This document shows positions 18,532-28,751 of a stretch of DNA of 59,639 nt, in pieces. The notes under the pieces are model-generated. The model ran no database searches, was not told where the DNA came from, and saw only the letters and a program-made list of their open reading frames with translations. This DNA is from Paracoccaceae bacterium (GTDB taxonomy: Bacteria > Pseudomonadota > Alphaproteobacteria > Rhodobacterales > Rhodobacteraceae). The stretch lies in NCBI GenBank assembly GCA_047639325.1, contig JBLINN010000001.1:1-59639 (forward strand), in the 5' to 3' direction. The translations under genes were made by a program, and so were the position numbers. Positions within the stretch are counted from its first letter, which is position 1. The number at the start of each line of letters is the position of its first letter.

Positions 18532-19884
18532 TTACCTCCTTACCGCGCCCCAGGGGCCAACGCGCCGGATCATCTTGTCCGATACGGCTGGCTGCTGTGG
18601 CGTCGCGCCGGACATATCCGGTTCATGGCCAAACAGTGCGGCGCGCGCGCCTGCCTTGTCCACCTGATACTCGCGATCCAGAAATTCCACCACATAGGCT
18701 TGCTTGGCCTCGGGCCACGCGGCGTAAAGCCGGTAAAACAGCTCTTTGTGGCAGATGAACAACTGACGCACATCCAGCGGGGTCAGTTCGGCCAGCAACA
18801 TGTTCACCAGTTCGCTGTCTTTGGTGTCAGACGCGCGCAGCGTATAGAAATACGCAGGATGGTCTGAACTGATGCGCGGCCAAGGGCCATCGCCGGTGGC
18901 CCAGCTAAGCAGGGCGCGCAGGCCATCATATTCCGCAGGCAGCATTTCGACATTCTGGCGCGCCAGTCGCCGCATGTCGGCGCGGCTAAGACCGGACAGG
19001 TCGAACCCCAGATTGGCCGCCGCATCGATGATGATGAAATCCATCTTTTGCTGCAGGATGGCCGCGGCGTCCAACCCCGGCGCCTTGACGATTGGTTCCA
19101 CCAAGTCGTTGAATTCAAAGAACTTGGCGATGCGGTTGCGGTCTTTCAGGTCACACACGTATTTGATCGGCAGGTCGCGCGGTTCAACCTTTAGAACTGT
19201 GGCGATCAGCGCCGGGTGGTCGAGATCCAGGAACAGGTACAGACCGCCAAAATGCGCCGTCCAGAAATTGCGCTGCTCAAACTCGGTCTTTTTCAGCCGC
19301 ACCGGATTGCGCGTCAGGTCACCGGATTTCCCGGCCACGGTGATCATCTCGGCGATCAGCACATCGTCAAACCAGGCGTCTTCCTGGGTCTTGAACTTGT
19401 CCACCAGCCCGCCAAGGGCCTCGGCGTTTTGCAATGTCCCGCCGGGCGTGTCGGCCTCGACCGTGATCCGGCGGATATCGAACAGCTTGCGCGGGTCGCT
19501 AACGTCAAACACCGAATTCACCAGCTCGCCAGCGACGGCATCGGTGGCGGTCAGGGCAAACAACTGCGACTCGTTTTCCTGGATGAACCGGCGCAGGATA
19601 TCGCGACTGGTGGAAAACTGCACATGCAGCAACGGGCTGCGTTTTTGTTCGGTGCTCAGCAAGATGAACTGCCGATTCACGCCGCCATGGTTCAGGTATA
19701 GCTGATCATCCAACTCATCGCCGATTTCCGGGGAATAGCCAGAAATGTCGATGTGAAAATCCGTCAGCTGCGTCTGTTTGCCGGTCAGATGCTTTAGCGC
19801 CCGGTTATAGCGATCCACCAAAGCGGGCGAATCGACATGGATCAGGTTGCCAAACATCAGGCCGCGACGGATCAATTTCTCCAC
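18532..19884 (-). CDS. Conserved hypothetical cytoplasmic protein (450 aa)
   Basis: Long ORF with good coding character and no motif I recognise. Start is ambiguous (GTG 19884 or ATG 19857). Confidence 0.6.
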   Translation of the reverse strand: MEKLIRRGLMFGNLIHVDSPALVDRYNRALKHLTGKQTQLTDFHIDISGYSPEIGDELDDQLYLNHGGVNRQFILLSTEQKRSPLLHVQFSTSRDILRRFIQENESQLFALTATDAVAGELVNSVFDVSDPRKLFDIRRITVEADTPGGTLQNAEALGGLVDKFKTQEDAWFDDVLIAEMITVAGKSGDLTRNPVRLKKTEFEQRNFWTAHFGGLYLFLDLDHPALIATVLKVEPRDLPIKYVCDLKDRNRIAKFFEFNDLVEPIVKAPGLDAAAILQQKMDFIIIDAAANLGFDLSGLSRADMRRLARQNVEMLPAEYDGLRALLSWATGDGPWPRISSDHPAYFYTLRASDTKDSELVNMLLAELTPLDVRQLFICHKELFYRLYAAWPEAKQAYVVEFLDREYQVDKAGARAALFGHEPDMSGATPQQPAVSDKMIRRVGPWGAVRR

Positions 19885-19914
19885 GGGGTCGCCTTTGAAT
19901 TATGGGGTCGCGTG

Positions 19915-20499
19915 TCAGCGGTATGCAAAGGCACTGTTGGGAACCCATTTGATTTTGCTGCCCTGTGGCCCCCAGCGCATATGCAGGCACGCGGTTTGCA
20001 GACGTTGGAAATACAGCGCCTCCAGCTTGTACCACCCGGCGACAGGCACCTGCACTTGGGTCGCGACAGTGGTGTCACAGGTCTGGCGACCATCGTAATA
20101 CCCAACCCGCTGCCCGCCGATTTTGGCGTTCAACCCGTCATTTGTCAGAAAATCAATGTTATAGATGCCCGGGGCATCAAACCGGATATAGCCCTGGATG
20201 CTGGCCGCCACGTTCTCGGCCCGCTTGGAGGTCAGAGTCCGTTCGCCCGGGTTGGTGTCGCGATAATCAAGCCCCTTCAACGGCTGGCCTCTTTCAGCGC
20301 GCTGGTTCAGCGCCGCCGCTGCATCCGCCAATGTCTTGATATGCTGACCATCCGACGCATAGCCATAGCTGACCGACAGACCCGGTTTCAGCCCGGTGGG
20401 CTGTGGGTTGGCTGGCGTCAGTTTCAGCGGCGCGGCAAACGTTGACGTCGCGAAAGCCAGTCCAAGGGCGGCAATGACCCCGATCAGTTTGATTTTCAT
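19915..20499 (-). CDS. Secreted PA14-like domain protein
   Basis: Signal peptide MKIKLIGVIAALGLAFATSTFA. GYIRFDAPGIYNIDFLTNDGLNAKIGGQRV resembles the PA14 core. Confidence 0.5.
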   Translation of the reverse strand: MKIKLIGVIAALGLAFATSTFAAPLKLTPANPQPTGLKPGLSVSYGYASDGQHIKTLADAAAALNQRAERGQPLKGLDYRDTNPGERTLTSKRAENVAASIQGYIRFDAPGIYNIDFLTNDGLNAKIGGQRVGYYDGRQTCDTTVATQVQVPVAGWYKLEALYFQRLQTACLHMRWGPQGSKIKWVPNSAFAYR

Positions 20500-20828
20500 A
20501 ACATTCCCTCGTTTTCGAAACCCATGCCGGACACAGCCAGCGCTCAATCACTTATACTATCGGAACTTAAGACCCAATTGTCCTGACGACAAGACCAGGC
20601 GGGCGGGCATCCGCATCCAAAACCGCGCCGACAGCCTCCGTTTCCGCGCGGAGGCCGCCCGCGCCAAAGCCCGGCTAAAAGGATGAATGTGTAAACAATT
20701 GTCACGAACCTGCCTTTTTATCCCCACATTCATTACCCAAAATATGACCTTGTACGTTAAAACGGAAACCGAGGAGGGTGTACGACAGATGGTACACGGA
20801 CGCTCTCCTTCAAACTTGGTGTAAAACC

Positions 20829-21908
20829 ATGAGAATTCTTGCGGTAGATGACGATCTGATGATCCTCGAGTTGCTTGAAACGGCTATGTCGATATCGGGT
20901 GACTACGAAGTCTGCACAGCGTCTTCGGGCGAAAAGGCGTTGGAAATACTGGAGCAGGACCATGACAGTTTCGACTGTTTCCTGCTGGATATCCAGATGC
21001 CAGGGATTGACGGCACAATCCTGTGTCGTCGCATTCGCAAAATGGCCGGGTACAAACGTACCCCGATTATCATGGCCACCGCCATGTCGCAGAAATCGCA
21101 TATCGACCGGGCCTTTGTGGCCGGGGCGTCCGACTATATCATGAAGCCGTTCGATTTCACCGAACTGGAAACCCGCGTTGAAACCGCCTGTAAGGTCGCC
21201 AACATGCGGCCCCGCACCCAAACCAACGGGTCGTCGTTTGACACGATCCAGAAGGTTCTGAACAACAGCCTGGCGCAAAGCCTGGAAGAACCGTTTGAGG
21301 TTGGCAATGTCGAGGGCATGGTTGGCTATGTGGCGTTCCAGAACTATTTGCTGACCCTGTCGATCACCAGCCTGCTGGCTACCAGCGTGCACGCTGTCAA
21401 GATCGCAAATATCAACGAGGTCTATTCCCTAGCCACCCCAATCGAGTTTCGCGGGATTGTTGCCAAAGTAGGCCAGATCATTTCGGTTTCTGTGGCGTCC
21501 AAAGGCGAGGATTGCATTTTCACCTATTGGGGCAATGGCACGTTCCTGTGCCTGCATCAGAACAAGTCAAAACTGCAACTGGCGGGGTTTGAAACCAGCG
21601 TTCTGGATGCGGCATCGTCTATGGCGCGGCGGGATAGTTGGGAACAGACGGATCAGAAAACACCGCATATCGTGGTCGGTCCGTTGACGTCGATGAAGTT
21701 CCTGAACAAATCCAGCACCCTGAAACGGGCGATCAACAGTGTTGAAAAACGCTGTATTCGCGCCAAAGAGGTTGGCGATATTTTTGACCAAGCGACAAAC
21801 CCGGTCAACGATGACGACCTCGGCCATGCGGCCCGCCGCGAAAGCTATGCCGACATCCTGCGCGATTACCTGCGCGAAGATACATCGAAATTGCGCGGGC
21901 GGCTTTAA
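20829..21908 (+). CDS. Response regulator: REC domain plus degenerate GGDEF-like C-terminal domain
   Basis: MRILAVDDD..., acceptor Asp in FLLDIQMPGIDG, KPF. The C-terminal part has GGDEF-like topology, but the signature is GNGTF (21531-21545). Confidence 0.8.
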   Translation: MRILAVDDDLMILELLETAMSISGDYEVCTASSGEKALEILEQDHDSFDCFLLDIQMPGIDGTILCRRIRKMAGYKRTPIIMATAMSQKSHIDRAFVAGASDYIMKPFDFTELETRVETACKVANMRPRTQTNGSSFDTIQKVLNNSLAQSLEEPFEVGNVEGMVGYVAFQNYLLTLSITSLLATSVHAVKIANINEVYSLATPIEFRGIVAKVGQIISVSVASKGEDCIFTYWGNGTFLCLHQNKSKLQLAGFETSVLDAASSMARRDSWEQTDQKTPHIVVGPLTSMKFLNKSSTLKRAINSVEKRCIRAKEVGDIFDQATNPVNDDDLGHAARRESYADILRDYLREDTSKLRGRL

Positions 21909-21975
21909 CCAGGTCGCACAACACCACGCACTGCCAGGGGCAAAGGGCCATGCGGCCCCTGCCCAGACTGATCAC

Positions 21976-22680
21976 TCAGCTCGCAGCCCTGGCAACAGCC
22001 ATCCGTTTTTCGTGTTCGCTCCGGCCCGGTTGATAAACAAAAGGCATGGTTTGTCGCGTTTTGCAGGTGTCATCAACCTTGGCCGGTGCATTCAGGTGCA
22101 TCAGGGCAACCTGGGTTCGCCAGCCATCCATTTCCAGAACCGGACCCGCCGGTTCCGCCTTTAGGCCAAGCCGACCAATCCAGCGTGACCAGACAGCCGG
22201 CACAAGGCCCAGGATTTGCTTGGCCCCGTTTTCGGCGGCGGCCTCAATCAGGCCAGCCATCAGCATGGTTTGTACCCGGGTCCGAAGACGCGCGGATACG
22301 TCGTTGGTCACAAACACCCGCGAGGATTCCCAGATATCGGGGTCAACCGGCGCCTCAAAATCCAGCAGGTTTGCCGGAATGGTTGTCACCAGCTTTAGCT
22401 GCGCGTCCCGGATCATATAGGAATACATTCCACATTTGGCAGTTGTCGGCGTCAGCCGGATTCCGGCCAGCACCTTGTCGCCCTGATGCACAGCGACCCA
22501 GCGGCTGGACGGGTTGTCGTACTGATCGTATTCCAGCCCTTCGGATTCCGGCAGAACCCATTGGTTTTTCACAATGAAAGAATCACGGCGCGCCTTCAAC
22601 AGGTTCACAAACAAGGACCCGTATTCGTGCATGTTAAGGAACGACAATGTCGTGGTTTTTATGGTGGCTTCGATCGCCAT
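21976..22680 (-). CDS. Acyl-homoserine-lactone synthase (LuxI family)
   Basis: LuxI-family signature residues are present by eye: RRDSF..NQW, EYDQYD, GIRLTP, WESSRVFV. Confidence 0.85.
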   Translation of the reverse strand: MAIEATIKTTTLSFLNMHEYGSLFVNLLKARRDSFIVKNQWVLPESEGLEYDQYDNPSSRWVAVHQGDKVLAGIRLTPTTAKCGMYSYMIRDAQLKLVTTIPANLLDFEAPVDPDIWESSRVFVTNDVSARLRTRVQTMLMAGLIEAAAENGAKQILGLVPAVWSRWIGRLGLKAEPAGPVLEMDGWRTQVALMHLNAPAKVDDTCKTRQTMPFVYQPGRSEHEKRMAVARAAS

Positions 22681-23383
22681 GGTCCTGCCTATCGTCTTCG
22701 CCAGATAAACTGGCTGTTATGGGTCTGACACCGGTTTGCGACGAACCCGATTCCACCCGGTTTTTTGCCCGGATTTGCTGTACTCTGCCCTGGGATCAAG
22801 CCGCCTGCTTGTCCGGATTATCAACTGGGGAACAGGAAGAGATTCGGAAACTCTGGAACGCCGGGTATGCTGGTACTGTCGGTGCGCGTTAATTCAGCCG
22901 CAGATCTGCGGGTTTTCCGGTGCGATTCGTGTTCATTTTACTGCCTTGCCTGATTTGCTGCTCAATATAGATGGCGTATATCCCGGAAAAGATTTCCACA
23001 GTTTTATCCACAACCCCGCATCACCGGAAGTGATTGTTGCGGAAACGGAACCAACGGCCCGGCATCAAAAACCCGCATATTGCGGCACCCCCAACATATT
23101 GATGATTCGGGTGAATCAGGCACATGTCGGCACCTAACCAGCCGGGCCTTCGAAATGGTTAATATTTGGGCAAAATTTGGGGAATTCAGCGGGCTGTTGG
23201 GGCTTCTAGCCCGAATCACCGGGCATCCGGTCGCACCGATGCGATTCGCGCCTCCCCCGAAAATCGTGAGTTGCCAATATGGCCATAAATCTGACACCAC
23301 AGAACCATACCAACCACAATTTTTTTAAATATCCACATTTCAAGCCGATGAAGATTCCACGAAAAAGACCGACGGGATTTATT

Positions 23384-23761
23384 ATGACCAACTATCACGC
23401 GACCTTTTGTATCCGCGGCGAAGTCGTCGCCATGTTGACCTGCCAAGAACCTGCGCCTCGGCTGCTGATCGACATCTCGGCCCAACCAGCCGATGAACAA
23501 GCGGTGCGGGGATTTGTCCACCGGACGTCGTTTTGCGTCACCGATGCAACCCTGATCAAAGCGCTGCAGGACAAGGTGTCAGTGGGCGATGTCATCGAGG
23601 CGACCGGGTCATTCTGGCAGTCGGGCTATGTGCCGCATCGCAACAGCGTTATCGACACCACGTTTTCCCTGTCTGCCTACCAGCTGATTCAAAAGCGGGT
23701 CGCGACGCCCTTCAACTATAGCCCCTATCTGGGCCTGTGCCTGTCTGCCGCCTTGCACTGA
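23384..23761 (+). CDS. Hypothetical small protein
   Basis: ORF upstream of and co-directional with the kinase. Weak RBS; the start could be 23348. No recognised motif. Confidence 0.35.
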   Translation: MTNYHATFCIRGEVVAMLTCQEPAPRLLIDISAQPADEQAVRGFVHRTSFCVTDATLIKALQDKVSVGDVIEATGSFWQSGYVPHRNSVIDTTFSLSAYQLIQKRVATPFNYSPYLGLCLSAALH

Positions 23762-23923
23762 CATCGGGCGCACCGGGGAAATGCCGGGGAAATGCCGGGG
23801 AACGGCCCCCAAATTCTTCAACTTTTCGCAAAAATGAACGCGGCGTGCCGCTTTTTTGCCAAACTGCTCGGGATACTGGAGCGGGCCGGCCCTGCGCCGT
23901 CGCCATAAGGATACGATCAAGCA

Positions 23924-25363
23924 ATGTCGGACTTTACCCAGACGGGACAGATGGCTGCACGCAACCCGGTGAGAGCCGGGGGTGGTCTGTTGCTTAGCCT
24001 GTTACGTCTGTTGACAGACACGCTGATTGACAAGGAAACTGTCCGGTCGGGCCGCCTTGCAAAACAGTTGAAAGACTTTGTTCATGGCGGTCATTCGCTG
24101 TTCCTGACCCGACAGGGCATGTATTTTGGATCCAGCCTGTTGGCCGCGTATTATTACAGCCCCAAGGTTGCGCTGTTGTGCTTTGCGCTAAGTCAGTTTG
24201 CCGAATTTCTGGATAATATGGTGTCTGCCGGGGTGATCCGGTGGAACGGGGAAGGGCCGGCCAAGGCCATCCGCTTTCGCAACCAGCTTTTGATAACCTC
24301 AACCCTTAGCGCGATTGTCGTTGGGACTTTCGCAGTCCTTGTCGCCCAGATCGAGGGCCCGACGTGGCATTTTACCCCCCTGGTTTTCTTGTTGTCCGCC
24401 GGATTATTCGCTGCCGTGAACAACCATCAAATACCGATGGTTCTGTATTCCCGGCTGGTCGTCTATGGCGCTGTTTTTTTGTACATCCCGTTAAAGGACA
24501 TCTGGGACATGAGCCCACCGTTGAGTTCCGAGCTTTGGTTACAGTTTTTCACCGTGATCTTCGTGCTGTTTTTTGTCATCAACTGCTCGATCATCTTTCT
24601 GCGCCTGTATCGCACCAACCTGGACCGTTTGGACGAATTGCGCATCGAACGTGACCGCGCGCATACCGCCTACGAGGTCAAATCGCAATTTGTGGCGGTG
24701 GTCAGCCATGAGTTTCGCACGCCGCTGCATTCGATCATGGGCTCGCTCAGCCTGCTGGACACTGGCAAGTTGGAGCAGTACCCGGACCGGTCCCGTAAAA
24801 TGGTGACAATTGCCTTTAAGAACAGCAAGAGGCTGTCAAACCTGATCGACGATCTGCTTGATTTGCAAAAGCTTGAAGCGGAACAGATGAACTATGATTT
24901 TGCCCCGACGGAACTGTGCGACATCGTTTATGACGCGATTGAATCGGTTCAGGGTGTGTCAGAGCGCAACGAGGTTGACCTTGTTTTTGTCAATCCTGGC
25001 GTCCGGCTGATTGCGTGTGCCGATCACAGCAAGATTCAGCAGGTTCTGACCAACCTGATGTCGAATGCGCTGAAATTTTCGGAAAAAGGCAGCAGCATCG
25101 AAATTCGGCTGTTTGCCGATGGCGACCGGGTTGGGGTCGAGGTCAAGGATTTTGGCATCGGTATTCCCGAAGGGTCACGCGCCGTGGTGTTTGGCAAGTT
25201 CAGCCAGATAGATTCGTCGGACGAGCGTAACCACGCCGGGTCCGGTCTGGGGCTTAGCATTGCAGAACAGATCATAACGGCCCATGACGGGGTCATCGAT
25301 TATGTCAGCGAGCTGGGCCAGGGCGCGACGTTCAGGATTGAACTGCCGGCCCATATCGACTGA
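23924..25363 (+). CDS. Sensor histidine kinase with a polytopic (about 6 TM) N-terminal domain
   Basis: H-box [14 protein letters not shown]-box [13 protein letters not shown]1 VKDFGIGI, G2 GSGLGLSI. About 230 aa of hydrophobic helices with no periplasmic domain. Confidence 0.85.
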   Translation: MSDFTQTGQMAARNPVRAGGGLLLSLLRLLTDTLIDKETVRSGRLAKQLKDFVHGGHSLFLTRQGMYFGSSLLAAYYYSPKVALLCFALSQFAEFLDNMVSAGVIRWNGEGPAKAIRFRNQLLITSTLSAIVVGTFAVLVAQIEGPTWHFTPLVFLLSAGLFAAVNNHQIPMVLYSRLVVYGAVFLYIPLKDIWDMSPPLSSELWLQFFTVIFVLFFVINCSIIFLRLYRTNLDRLDELRIERDRAHTAYEVKSQFVAVVSHEFRTPLHSIMGSLSLLDTGKLEQYPDRSRKMVTIAFKNSKRLSNLIDDLLDLQKLEAEQMNYDFAPTELCDIVYDAIESVQGVSERNEVDLVFVNPGVRLIACADHSKIQQVLTNLMSNALKFSEKGSSIEIRLFADGDRVGVEVKDFGIGIPEGSRAVVFGKFSQIDSSDERNHAGSGLGLSIAEQIITAHDGVIDYVSELGQGATFRIELPAHID

Positions 25364-25485
25364 GACGCGCCAAGGCGCGCGGCTTATTCCTGACGCAGCC
25401 CCAAAAAATCTGGATAAGCGACGCAATACATCGCAGGGTCTTCCCAGTGAATTTCACGACTGGATTTCGCGAGGGGGGAGCAGAA

Positions 25486-27108
25486 ATGTCGTTCGACTAT
25501 GTGATTGTTGGTGGTGGCTCCGCTGGTTCAACCCTGGCATCGCGTCTTAGCGAGGATCCGGGAACAAGTGTGTGCCTGCTAGAGGCTGGCGGCAAAGGCG
25601 ACGGTATATTTGTTCGCGCGCCTGCGGGGGCGGTGGCGCTGCTGCCAGGGCGACCCAAAATCAGCAACTGGGCCTATGAAACCGTGCCGCAGGCTGGGTT
25701 GAAGGGCCGTAAAGGATATCAACCGCGCGGCAAGGCGCTGGGCGGGTCCAGCGCGATCAACGCGATGTTATATCTGCGCGGGCAGCGACAGGATTATGAC
25801 GGCTGGGCCGATCTGGGCTGTGACGGCTGGTCATGGGATCAGGTGCTGCCATATTTCCGCAAATCTGAAAATAACGAACGCGGTGCCAGCGACATTCACG
25901 GCGCAGCGGGCCCGTTGCAAGTGTCCGAACAGAAATCCCCCCGCCCGATCACCCGCGCCTTTGTCGAGGCTGGCGAAGCCATGCAGTTTCCCCACCGGCA
26001 AGAATTCAACGCTGGCGACAACGAAGGCATAGGCCTCTATCAGGTCACCCAGTTTCACGACCCCGACCGCAATGGCGAGCGTTGCTCGGCGGCGGCTGCC
26101 TATCTGCATCCGGTGATCAGCCGTACCAATCTGACGGTGATCACCGGCGCGCATGCCACGCGCATTCTGTTTGATGGCAAGCGCGCCACCGGGGTCGCCT
26201 ATGTGCAGGGCGGGACCGACAAGACCGTGCAGGCAGGCAAAGAAGTGATCCTGTGCGGTGGGGCGTTCAACTCGCCGCAGTTGTTGTTGCTGTCGGGGGT
26301 GGGACGACCCGAGGATATACAACCGCATGGGCTGGATATGGTGCATGAATTGCCCGGGGTCGGGCAGAACCTGCAGGACCATCTGGATTTCATCCTGTCC
26401 TATAAAACCAAAGACACCGACAATTTTGGCATCAGCCTGACAGCCGGCGTCAATCTGCTGCGCCATATACAGCAATGGCGCAAATCAGGCACCGGGATGC
26501 TGGCCACGCCGTTTGCCGAAGGGGCTGCATTCCTGAAAACCGACCCGTCGCTAGAGCGCCCGGATATCCAGCTGCATTTCGTAATCTCGATTGTCGATGA
26601 TCACGCCCGCAAGCTGCATATGGGGCACGGTTATGGCTGTCATGTCTGCGTGCTGCGGCCCAAATCGCGCGGCGAGGTGTTTTTGAAATCAGCCAACCCG
26701 CTGGCGTCACCGGGCATTGATCCGCGGTACCTGTCGGACCCGGATGATCTGGCGGTGCTGATGAAAGGCGCGCGGATCACCCGCACGCTGATGAACACAG
26801 CCCCGATGAAGCAGTACCAACACAAGGAACTGTTCATTCAGGGCGAGCCAACGGATGCCCAGCTTGAAGATCATATCAGATCGCGCGCTGACACCATCTA
26901 TCACCCGGTGGGCAGCTGCAAAATGGGCGTGGATGGCATGGCGGTGGTCGACCCCGACCTGAAAGTGCGCGGATTGCAGGGGCTACGCGTGGTCGATGCC
27001 TCGGTGATGCCGACGCTTACCAGTGGAAATACCAATGCGCCCACGATAATGATTGCTGAAAAGGCAGCGGATATGATCCGCGGGCTGGAGCCTATGGCCG
27101 GGATTTAA
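25486..27108 (+). CDS. GMC-family FAD oxidoreductase (AlkJ-like alcohol dehydrogenase)
   Basis: [21 protein letters not shown] and a C-terminal GMC signature. Start at ATG 25486 after GGGGGAG. Confidence 0.9.
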   Translation: MSFDYVIVGGGSAGSTLASRLSEDPGTSVCLLEAGGKGDGIFVRAPAGAVALLPGRPKISNWAYETVPQAGLKGRKGYQPRGKALGGSSAINAMLYLRGQRQDYDGWADLGCDGWSWDQVLPYFRKSENNERGASDIHGAAGPLQVSEQKSPRPITRAFVEAGEAMQFPHRQEFNAGDNEGIGLYQVTQFHDPDRNGERCSAAAAYLHPVISRTNLTVITGAHATRILFDGKRATGVAYVQGGTDKTVQAGKEVILCGGAFNSPQLLLLSGVGRPEDIQPHGLDMVHELPGVGQNLQDHLDFILSYKTKDTDNFGISLTAGVNLLRHIQQWRKSGTGMLATPFAEGAAFLKTDPSLERPDIQLHFVISIVDDHARKLHMGHGYGCHVCVLRPKSRGEVFLKSANPLASPGIDPRYLSDPDDLAVLMKGARITRTLMNTAPMKQYQHKELFIQGEPTDAQLEDHIRSRADTIYHPVGSCKMGVDGMAVVDPDLKVRGLQGLRVVDASVMPTLTSGNTNAPTIMIAEKAADMIRGLEPMAGI

Positions 27109-27123
27109 GGGAGAGAGAAGACC

Positions 27124-28749
27124 ATGCCTGGAAAGATGATGTATAAACAGCTGACCATCAGCTCGCTGATCGAACATGCGGGCCGGTATCATGGCAGCAC
27201 CGAGATTGTGTCGGTCGAAACCACCGGTGACGTGACCCGTACCAACTGGGCCGAGATTGAACGCAACGCACGCAAGCTGGCGTCGGCGCTGGAAAAGCTG
27301 GGGATTGAGCCGGGTCAATGTTGCGGCACAATTGCCTGGAACAACCGGCGGCATCTGGAAATTTACTTTGGCGTCGCAGGCGCCGGAATGGTTTGCCACA
27401 CGATCAACCCACGCCTGTTTCCCGAACAGCTGGTTTACATCATCAACCACGCCGAAGATCAGGTGTTGTTTCTGGACAAGACGTTTTTGCCGGTCGCCGC
27501 CAAGCTGGGCGAGCACCTGAAGACACTGAAACATGTGATCTATATGGGCCCGCGCGACGAAGAATTGGCCGCGATGGTCGACGGCTTGCTGTTTTACGAC
27601 GAATTGCTGGCCACCGAGGGTGATGATTACGTCTGGCCCGAGCTTGACGAAAACACCCCCGCCAACCTGTGTTACACATCCGGCACCACCGGCCATCCCA
27701 AGGGCGTGCAATATACCCACCGGTCAACCGTTCTGCATTCGATTGGCGGCAATCAGGCGGACGGCATGGCATTGTCGGCGCGCGATACGGTGTTGGCCGT
27801 GGTGCCGATGTTCCACGTTAACGCCTGGGGGGTGCCCTATGTCACCGCCGGAACCGGCTGTAAGCTGGTTCTGCCGGGGCCTGGGATGGACGGCGAAAGC
27901 CTGGTTCGGTTGATCGACAGCGAAAAGGTGACCATGGCGCTGGGGGTTCCGACGATCTGGATGGGTCTGCTGGGCGCTTTGAAAACCACTGGCAGCAAGA
28001 TCGAAAGCCTGAAACGCACGGTTGTCGGTGGGTCCGCCCTGCCACCGGTGATGATCTCGGCCTTTGCCAAATACGGGGTCGAGCTGATCCATGCCTGGGG
28101 GATGACCGAAACCAGCCCGCTGGGCACGCTGAACAATCTGCTGCAAAAGCATGACGGGCTAAGCGACGCCGAAAAGCTGGCGATCCGCGAAGGCCAGGGC
28201 CGTCCGCCTTACGGGGTGGAATTGCGGCTGGTCGATGACTCCGGCCATATCCTGCCAAATGATGGCGAGGCCCAGGGCGAGTTGCAGATCCGTGGTCACT
28301 GGATTGTGGACACGTACTTTAAGGCGGAAAAATCAGCCCTGACGATGGATGGCTGGTTTGATACCGGCGATGTGGCGACAATTGACGGCGATGGCTTTAT
28401 GATCATCCGCGACCGGTCCAAGGATATCATCAAGTCGGGCGGTGAATGGATTTCCACCGTTGAACTGGAAGGCATCGCCGTGGCGCATCCCGGTGTTGCC
28501 AACGCCGCCGTGATCGCCGCCAAGCACCGCAAATGGGATGAACGCCCGGTTCTGATCGTGATCAAGGCCGTGGGCGCCGACCCGTCCGAGGCGGAATTGA
28601 AAGCGTTCTATGATGGCAAGATCGCCAGCTGGCAGGTGCCGGACAAGGTGATTTTTGTCGATGAACTGCCGATTGGCGGCACTGGCAAAATCCTCAAAAA
28701 CAAGCTGCGCGAAAAGTTTGGTGACGTGCTGCTGACCGAGGAAGCGTAA
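27124..28749 (+). CDS. Long/medium-chain fatty-acid-CoA ligase (AMP-forming)
   Basis: AMP-binding motif LCYTSGTTGHPKGV, plus TGD...GFMIIRDRSKDIIKSGGEWIS. Confidence 0.9.
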   Translation: MPGKMMYKQLTISSLIEHAGRYHGSTEIVSVETTGDVTRTNWAEIERNARKLASALEKLGIEPGQCCGTIAWNNRRHLEIYFGVAGAGMVCHTINPRLFPEQLVYIINHAEDQVLFLDKTFLPVAAKLGEHLKTLKHVIYMGPRDEELAAMVDGLLFYDELLATEGDDYVWPELDENTPANLCYTSGTTGHPKGVQYTHRSTVLHSIGGNQADGMALSARDTVLAVVPMFHVNAWGVPYVTAGTGCKLVLPGPGMDGESLVRLIDSEKVTMALGVPTIWMGLLGALKTTGSKIESLKRTVVGGSALPPVMISAFAKYGVELIHAWGMTETSPLGTLNNLLQKHDGLSDAEKLAIREGQGRPPYGVELRLVDDSGHILPNDGEAQGELQIRGHWIVDTYFKAEKSALTMDGWFDTGDVATIDGDGFMIIRDRSKDIIKSGGEWISTVELEGIAVAHPGVANAAVIAAKHRKWDERPVLIVIKAVGADPSEAELKAFYDGKIASWQVPDKVIFVDELPIGGTGKILKNKLREKFGDVLLTEEA

Positions 28750-28751
28750 CA

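Noticed and set aside
22681-23383. LuxR gene or pseudogene next to luxI
   Set aside because: None of the six frames shows autoinducer-binding or LuxR-type HTH-like sequence, and the ORFs listed there have implausible composition.
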